From an uncultured virus (IMG/VR IMGVR_UViG_3300043117_000361) (lineage: Duplodnaviria; Heunggongvirae; Uroviricota; Caudoviricetes): 20,000 nucleotides of DNA. Below the pieces are notes generated by a model. That model searched no databases and was not told the origin of the DNA. It saw only the letters and a list, made by a program, of their open reading frames with translations. Within the stretch, counting starts at the first letter, position 1; each line of letters opens with the position of its first letter. Shown in pieces: positions 13,907 to 20,000 of this stretch. Location: the IMG/VR virus record IMGVR_UViG_3300043117_000361; one strand, 5' to 3'. Made by a program: the position numbers and the translations under genes.

Positions 13907-16387
13907 ATGGATTTATTAAGCTATTCTGACGAGACTCGTATATTCAAGGCAGCGCAGGCCGCTTTGAGGGAAGCAGGCAGTGGTACTGATCCTTCGGAGG
14001 CGGTTGCTAAATACGCTACAGTCTATAAACTGGTTCCTGAAATGACTAAACGGGCTGTAGAGGCCTTTAACGTTTCCAGGACTGCTAATCATCTTAAAAC
14101 GGCTCCCGCCATAAAGAAAGCTGAATCAGTGGATTTAGCGGATACTGAGTCTGTTTTTTCTATTATGTATCCTTCTACCGTCAAGACTCCTTCTGTTGAG
14201 ACGCATAAGTCTGCTCTGTTTTCAGACACTCATGATACAATATATTATGACGAACCGGCTCCTGAGACTATTAAAGGGGATCTATCTGCTAAGTCATTTA
14301 CAGACACTCCCGATGCCGACTGGTTCCAGGCTCTCAGAGAGACTGAGCATATCAAGGCTGCGGCCGGCATAATAAAGGATAAAAAGGCTGAAATACACTA
14401 TAAGCTTGTTAACGCGATACAGGACGCTGTAGACTATTTTCGTCCTGTTGATGCTGAGAGCTTTTCAAAGTGCGCAGATTACGTCATGCGTAAAACAGCT
14501 AATAATGCTTTTCCTCTGCTTAATGAGGTGTATGAAGAGTCTAAACTCGGCGAAGTGGGCCGGGCATGGGAAGCAGCGGATAAGTTCAAATCTGTTGGTA
14601 TAGAGAAACTTGCAGAAGCCTTTGAATACGAGATAGATACTCCGACTGAGGGTATTAAGAAGCTGGCAGGTATTGTTGAGCTTGCACGTCAATACTGTAA
14701 AATATCGTCTGTAGACACGGTAGCCTCTAATGATGCTGGTAATTTTGAGGAAGTTTTTGATATGAAAAGCAAAAAACTTCTTAAAAAAAAAGCTTTTATT
14801 CCTTCCAGTATAGTAGGAGGGGTGTATAAAAACCTTCCAATTTTGAATGCGGTAAGCAGTATCGGCCAGGGTTTGACAGATAAATATAGTCTATCTGGTG
14901 AGGACATAGAGGATGTATTCGCCTCATCTGTTACTTCGGGGGTACGGGATACTGAAAACAACATTAGAGCAACTATGCTTTTAAATGATTTCCTGCGTAA
15001 CGATGAGGTTCTGTCTGCTGCTCCTCCTGAAGAAGTTGTCCGTTATTTTAATAAGCTGATGGAATCGTATCCTGATCTTTTAAAGGCTCCTATGGTTGTT
15101 AAATCTGTTATCAGGAAAGCAGTGGAATCCGGTGGTCTGGATATGTATGATCTTTCCAGCGTAGGCAGTATGGCTTCCGATGTAGCCAAGACCGAACGCG
15201 ACAAGGAAAGGAATATTATTGAGAAGGCTAAAGTTCGTAAAGAGGTATACGACAAAAAAGAGCCTATGAAGATAGACGTCAATAATTATATTCCTAAAAA
15301 AGAGCCTATGAAGATAGACGTCAATAATTATATTCCTAAATCAGAAAAACCACCAAAGGATAAACCAGAAGATGAATCAGGTGGCAAATCAGACGACAAG
15401 ACAAAAGAAGGACCTTTTGGGCCTGTGTCGACTATATTCGTAAGGCCTGATCTCAATACAAAAAGTCTTCCTGTTTATGGTACTTATGGTGAGCCTTTAG
15501 GTCTCCCCGCTCCAGATACTGATGTTCCGTTAAGCGGCAACACAGGTACATGGCATCGTGGCAGCAGTACTGCTTCTTCATCTGATAGAGCGCCTACTGA
15601 CAGGGACATACTGGATTTCATGGAATGGACCGGTCTGGGCAAAGAAGGGTCTGCCAATGAACATCTCGGCATAAGTAAAGATGCCTCTAATCTGGCTGAA
15701 AGTTTTATTAAATCCTCTAACAAAGTAACAGAAAAACTGGAAGAACTGGCCGAAGATCTGAAGGGTCGGGCAGTTACATTTAAGGATCTGCTCATGTCTG
15801 AACAGGTTCTTCCTTATCTTACAGGAGCGTCTATAGGCAGCTTAGGGGCTGGAACCTATGGGTATATGTCTTCAGATAAGATAGGGAAGGACAGACTCAT
15901 GGAGGCGGTTAGAAAAGCTCTAATGGGTTCCGCAGCCGGTGCTGCCGGCGGCCATTTGTATAAGCATCTGGCTGTTCAGGACAAAAACCACGACATTGAA
16001 GAGTCGCCGTCAGTGAGTGTACATACCGATGTCGACGAGGTTACACAGCCGCGCAAAACAGTAAATCCAAGAAATATTAAAATGGTTCCTAAAAGATTGG
16101 ATCTAGATCAGCGCAGTGAGGGGAGTAGTGCCACTATATGGGATATGATCAGACGGATGACTGGTTTTGGTCCTGAGCCTATAATGGAGTACGAACCAGC
16201 TCCATATACTCCTGGTTTCTTTGAGTCTATTGGAAATTTAATTAAGGTTGATGATCCGTCCAGTGTCAATATCAATGATCCAGCTGACCCACCTGTAGAG
16301 CTGCTTTGGCCGAAATATACCGATACATATAAAGAATTTGCTAGAGACCTTGCTATCAAAGCCCGGGAACAGGAAGAGTGGTTATGA
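13907..16387 (+). CDS. Large K-x-A-rich putative virion (internal head) protein
   Basis: ATG 13907; many K-x-A motifs; Gly/Ala-rich helices GASIGSLGAG, GSAAGAAGG. Confidence 0.75.
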   Translation: MDLLSYSDETRIFKAAQAALREAGSGTDPSEAVAKYATVYKLVPEMTKRAVEAFNVSRTANHLKTAPAIKKAESVDLADTESVFSIMYPSTVKTPSVETHKSALFSDTHDTIYYDEPAPETIKGDLSAKSFTDTPDADWFQALRETEHIKAAAGIIKDKKAEIHYKLVNAIQDAVDYFRPVDAESFSKCADYVMRKTANNAFPLLNEVYEESKLGEVGRAWEAADKFKSVGIEKLAEAFEYEIDTPTEGIKKLAGIVELARQYCKISSVDTVASNDAGNFEEVFDMKSKKLLKKKAFIPSSIVGGVYKNLPILNAVSSIGQGLTDKYSLSGEDIEDVFASSVTSGVRDTENNIRATMLLNDFLRNDEVLSAAPPEEVVRYFNKLMESYPDLLKAPMVVKSVIRKAVESGGLDMYDLSSVGSMASDVAKTERDKERNIIEKAKVRKEVYDKKEPMKIDVNNYIPKKEPMKIDVNNYIPKSEKPPKDKPEDESGGKSDDKTKEGPFGPVSTIFVRPDLNTKSLPVYGTYGEPLGLPAPDTDVPLSGNTGTWHRGSSTASSSDRAPTDRDILDFMEWTGLGKEGSANEHLGISKDASNLAESFIKSSNKVTEKLEELAEDLKGRAVTFKDLLMSEQVLPYLTGASIGSLGAGTYGYMSSDKIGKDRLMEAVRKALMGSAAGAAGGHLYKHLAVQDKNHDIEESPSVSVHTDVDEVTQPRKTVNPRNIKMVPKRLDLDQRSEGSSATIWDMIRRMTGFGPEPIMEYEPAPYTPGFFESIGNLIKVDDPSSVNINDPADPPVELLWPKYTDTYKEFARDLAIKAREQEEWL
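15254..15340 (+). repeat. Perfect 42-bp in-frame tandem duplication (KKEPMKIDVNNYIP x2)
   Basis: Directly visible in the sequence. Confidence 0.95.
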
Positions 16388-17826
16388 GTAACAATACATT
16401 TATTAAAACAGTGCTGCCCTCAAGGTACGACCATTCGGACCCTCTGTCGTCGCTTGTTGATGTGTGCTTAAAAGGTGTTGACAGTTCGTGGATAAGGAAA
16501 AAAGCCGGTACCAGGGTTTTCGGCGACCTGTCGGACATCAAACCTGAAAAAGGGCACTCCTTTGTTCATTTAATTGCTATGGGGGCTGCGCCTAATCTTC
16601 CAGGCAACCGCAATGGTGATATTTTTTATAAAACAGCCTGTGACGTTTCTATTCCAGATGGAAAAGACATAAAAAACTATAATGTTAAAAAAGGTCTTAA
16701 GGACACACACAGTACTTTTGTCACTGATGCACACGTCTATAAAGACCACAGACACAATAAAGGCGACAAAATATACGGTGATGTAGTTAAATCAGCATTT
16801 CATGATGCAGCTGAACGTGTAGAGCTTATAGTCAAACTCCCAGACAGCGAATGGGGAGAAGAGCTGCATAAAATGGCATCTGGAGAGCCTGTCGCCTGGT
16901 CCATGTCGTGTACTGTACCATATGATATATGCTCCATATGCGGCAATAAAGCAGTTAAACAGTCGGAATACTGTGATCATCTTAAAAATCATATGGCCTC
17001 TATTACAAAAGACGGACACTCTATTAACGCTATTAACGATCATATGACTTTTTTTGATATATCCAAAGTAGGAACACCGGCCGACCGTATTGCTTTTGGA
17101 TTGCAGAAGGTGGCAGCATTGGATAACGTGGTTTCTGCGGCTGAACTGGCATCTGTTCTGGATATATCCGGAAATGACGTGTACGGATTGAATAAGAGCA
17201 GTAAACTATCTGTATTAAGGAAACTTTCAGAGCTTGAAAAAGAGATAGAGGGCATATCAGATCCTGAGTCTCCTATACTTAAGCTGAAGCTCTCGTTTGA
17301 TAACGATGTGTACACGCCTATACATGATAAAATAATGCAGAAACTGGTCAATTCCACCTGTCCTGTAGAGGATATTCTAGGCGGGTTTGCTGACCGTAAG
17401 ATAGTTTTGTCGTTGAGGGATTTCATGAGGCTTATATCCGGTAATGATATTGATAAGTTCGGTCCTTCTCTTGCCCGCGCGGAACAACTTATGCCGGGTA
17501 TATTCAGCAAAGTAATGGAGAACGACATTCCGACACCTGCCGATTCTCTTGAGTTTGGAAACAAGCTTATTCCTCCCAGTATAGACGACATTATCAACGA
17601 ATGTGTAGAGGGCTGTTCTCTTGATAATGAGCCGGCAGTGCGCAGGATGTCTATTATGGTCATCAAAAACAGGAAGCCGGACATCAGAATCCGTAAAATT
17701 TCCTCTGCCGGGGACAATACAGCTGAGCTCATGGCCCGTGCGTATGCCAAGTATAAAATAGCGGCATGCAGCCGTATTAACGATGATTTTGTTGATTTAA
17801 TGTGCGTTGTTCAGAACTATGCATGA
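16384..17826 (+). CDS. Putative prohead (head maturation) serine protease with zinc-finger insert
   Basis: NRNGDxF, VYKDH (His), WSMSC (Ser), CSICGN...YCDH, FFDISxVxxPAD; pattern of HK97/herpes-fold phage proteases; ATGA overlap. Confidence 0.7.
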   Translation: MSNNTFIKTVLPSRYDHSDPLSSLVDVCLKGVDSSWIRKKAGTRVFGDLSDIKPEKGHSFVHLIAMGAAPNLPGNRNGDIFYKTACDVSIPDGKDIKNYNVKKGLKDTHSTFVTDAHVYKDHRHNKGDKIYGDVVKSAFHDAAERVELIVKLPDSEWGEELHKMASGEPVAWSMSCTVPYDICSICGNKAVKQSEYCDHLKNHMASITKDGHSINAINDHMTFFDISKVGTPADRIAFGLQKVAALDNVVSAAELASVLDISGNDVYGLNKSSKLSVLRKLSELEKEIEGISDPESPILKLKLSFDNDVYTPIHDKIMQKLVNSTCPVEDILGGFADRKIVLSLRDFMRLISGNDIDKFGPSLARAEQLMPGIFSKVMENDIPTPADSLEFGNKLIPPSIDDIINECVEGCSLDNEPAVRRMSIMVIKNRKPDIRIRKISSAGDNTAELMARAYAKYKIAACSRINDDFVDLMCVVQNYA

Positions 17827-17847
17827 GTTAAGATAGGTGGTTTAGCT

Positions 17848-18519
17848 GTGTCCGATCCTAACTTACCAGACAGATATGCTGATTTATATCGTACGTTTGA
17901 TAAAGGGCATGATCTAAACCACATAAAATCAGTTAGAGATCGCGCTTCAGTACTCTCGTCCAAATATGCTCCCGATAAATCTGATCTTATTGATCTTGCA
18001 GCCGCTCTTCACGATGTAGGAATATCCAGAGGACGCGATAATCACCCTGAACACGGCTATAGTATGCTGAAAGAGGACAAGGATATAAGAAACAGGATTT
18101 CTAATAGAGATTTCAATCTTCTTTTAGAGGCAGTAAGAGAGCATGGAGCTTCATCGGGGCGCCCTGAATCTACAGTTGCCAGAATAGTGAGCGACGCCGA
18201 TAAAACAGCTGAAAAAGACCCTTATGATTCTATTTTACGTGCTTACAATTATGGTAAATCTCACTTTCCCTCCATGACCGATGATCAACAGGTTCGGCGG
18301 GCTGTTGATCACATAGTGGACAAGTACAGCCAAGGAGGCTACGGCTCTAATGTGTTCTTTCCTGAATCAAGAGATATTCTTGAGAAAAGGACGGAGGCTG
18401 CCAGAGCTCTTCAGAAAATGCAGGACATACGTGAGATAAAAAGTAAACTAGGTATCAACAGTAAGTCCGCTCATTTTCTTGGACATGCGCTTGGAACTCT
18501 TTCTTTTTTAGGTTTGTGA
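17848..18519 (+). CDS. HD-domain phosphohydrolase
   Basis: GH...H, AAALHDVG, NH..HG, VREH, VSDADK. Confidence 0.85.
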   Translation: MSDPNLPDRYADLYRTFDKGHDLNHIKSVRDRASVLSSKYAPDKSDLIDLAAALHDVGISRGRDNHPEHGYSMLKEDKDIRNRISNRDFNLLLEAVREHGASSGRPESTVARIVSDADKTAEKDPYDSILRAYNYGKSHFPSMTDDQQVRRAVDHIVDKYSQGGYGSNVFFPESRDILEKRTEAARALQKMQDIREIKSKLGINSKSAHFLGHALGTLSFLGL

Positions 18520-18589
18520 CTGGTTAATTCTTCCTGATTTATGGGAATAATATAAAGTAAACGTTTACGAACCAAAAAAGGAGGTTGAC

Positions 18590-18934
18590 ATGCGTGCAGC
18601 ACATTTTTCTAGGCTCAATTCGAGCCGCACAGATAGGGAACTCACAGAGGCGAAAAAAATGGGACTTTCTGATGTTGTCCCATGCACCCTGTGTCCCCGA
18701 GACCCCGACGGGTACGTGGCCGTGATACTGGACACGTGCTCCAGAGGGTTTAAAGGTGTCTTTGATGCAATTCTGCTCAAAGACTGCAGCCCGGCGGAGC
18801 TCAGCAAACTGATCCGGGCCAGCAAACAGGAACGGGAAGGGAAAACCATTCCCGTATTCTTATGGGACCCACACGAGAAGCAGTGGTGTTCCATCTGTGA
18901 ATTAAAAAATAGGAGGTACCATGAAGACCTATGA
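18590..18934 (+). CDS. Hypothetical protein
   Basis: GGAGGT RBS. Confidence 0.7.
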   Translation: MRAAHFSRLNSSRTDRELTEAKKMGLSDVVPCTLCPRDPDGYVAVILDTCSRGFKGVFDAILLKDCSPAELSKLIRASKQEREGKTIPVFLWDPHEKQWCSICELKNRRYHEDL

Positions 18935-19286
18935 GGTCAAAATATCCACCAGACACCAGGGGTTGGTGGATTGGCTTGCCCGCCGTGGGATAAGGGGGCA
19001 AGGACTGGCATATCCCACAAGAGAAGATGTGCTAGGGCATGTAATTGTAGGAACATTGCCCTACCATTTGGCGGAGGCGGCTGCTGCCGTCGTGTCGGTA
19101 GAGTTGACTCTTTCTACGGAAATGCTGGATAGAGAGTTAACATGTACCGATGTTGCTGCTGCAAACCCTAAGGCCACTGCATACGTAGTAACCAAAATAA
19201 GGAGCAGAATCCGTCCTACGTGTAAAACCGGATCCTGGGGTTTGTGGACCGCCAGAGAACTGGTGGCAAAGATAAACAGTAAGTAA
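18921..19286 (+). CDS. csx16: Csx16-like (VVA1548 family) protein, putative cOA ring nuclease
   Basis: TRHxGLVDWLxxxGI...VIVGTLPYHLA...RELTxxD motifs; AGGAGG RBS. Confidence 0.75.
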   Translation: MKTYEVKISTRHQGLVDWLARRGIRGQGLAYPTREDVLGHVIVGTLPYHLAEAAAAVVSVELTLSTEMLDRELTCTDVAAANPKATAYVVTKIRSRIRPTCKTGSWGLWTARELVAKINSK

Positions 19287-19318
19287 CGATTTCAAATCGT
19301 TGTAAGGAGGTGATATCC

Positions 19319-19723
19319 ATGTTAGAAGGGGAAATAAGGACATTCTCCAGTGAGCCTGTTAGTTTCCTGGTGCTGAAACACTGGGACGAAGGCGTCTGGA
19401 TGATGGTCCCATTCAGCTCTCGTGACCTTCCTTACGAGGAGGGAGAGCTTCTTGCTGACACCGGGTTGCCGGGTTGCTCGGTGTTGAGCGTATGGAATAC
19501 CCATACGTTTCCAGAAGATATTCTGGAAAATTCAAGGCTTATAGGCAGTATGCAGAGAGAGAGGCTGGAGGACGTGTGGAATTTGTTCCGCTACCTGCTC
19601 ACCGGTGAAGGATCAGTGAGCCGCAGTCCTGACTCTATCTTTCTGGTTCCTGACTCTTTTGAATCGGATCCCTCCTATAAGAGGAAAGAGCTGATGAAGA
19701 TAAGGAAAATCCTGTTTGCTTAA
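19319..19723 (+). CDS. Hypothetical protein
   Basis: AAGGAGGTGA RBS before ATG 19319. Confidence 0.75.
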   Translation: MLEGEIRTFSSEPVSFLVLKHWDEGVWMMVPFSSRDLPYEEGELLADTGLPGCSVLSVWNTHTFPEDILENSRLIGSMQRERLEDVWNLFRYLLTGEGSVSRSPDSIFLVPDSFESDPSYKRKELMKIRKILFA

Positions 19724-19833
19724 ATAGCGCAAAAAAACAGGCATACTTACTTGTAAGACATTTAATCAATCCTTACCGCAGAGCCGACCTGCGTTAACAC
19801 GGCGACCGTCAGAGGTGATCTGATTTAATTAAC

Positions 19834-19868
19834 TACAGCCGGCAGGGTGCAACTCCCTGTCGGCTGTA
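19834..19868 (+). other. Long hairpin with T-loop-like apex (terminator or RNA element)
   Basis: TACAGCCGGCAGGG-TGCAACT-CCCTGTCGGCTGTA. Confidence 0.55.
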
Positions 19869-19892
19869 TTTCAAACAATTAAGGAGGAATAA

Positions 19893-20000
19893 ATGTGCGA
19901 TTTCATAAGTTGGATTGAAAAAGATAACAAACTTTTTTACTTAACAGATAAAGAGGTCTTCTCTGCCCAGGGCAGAGAAAAATTCTCAGGGTGTCGTGAC
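19893..20000 (+). CDS. Phage hypothetical protein, 3'-truncated (MCDFISWIE...)
   Basis: AAGGAGG RBS; open to the window end. Confidence 0.7.
   Translation, partial: MCDFISWIEKDNKLFYLTDKEVFSAQGREKFSGCRD

Noticed and set aside
17040..17750. 236-aa minus-strand ORF
   Set aside because: Antisense shadow of the protease gene, Ser/Ile-rich, no motifs.

Overview
Most likely a segment of a large (jumbo-type) bacteriophage genome with two very different halves. Left half (1-~10.4 kb): about 35 short, almost all + strand ORFs. From 194 to 6553 they are punctuated by about 19 complete and 3 degenerate imperfect palindromes with integron attC architecture, plus half-sites further right. Read canonically (RYYYAAC-spacer-L''...L'-spacer-GTTRRRY), every site lies on the MINUS strand, so the genes are antisense to the usual cassette orientation. 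The attC loops often contain the stop codon, RBS and start codon of the flanking genes, and the core sites at the two ends of most cassettes are complementary, as expected for units that excise as circles. No integron integrase is present in the window. Cargo includes an ACP-like protein with Glu at the phosphopantetheine Ser position, a non-coding tRNA-like cassette and a nearby RLIG1/DUF5565-like RNA ligase. Right half (10.6-20 kb, visibly more AT-rich): a tightly coupled operon of large K-x-A-rich putative virion proteins ending in a prohead-protease-like gene, then an HD-domain gene, a stand-alone Csx16-like protein (possible ring nuclease/anti-type III CRISPR) and small hypothetical genes. 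All family calls are by eye from motifs; no searches were run.
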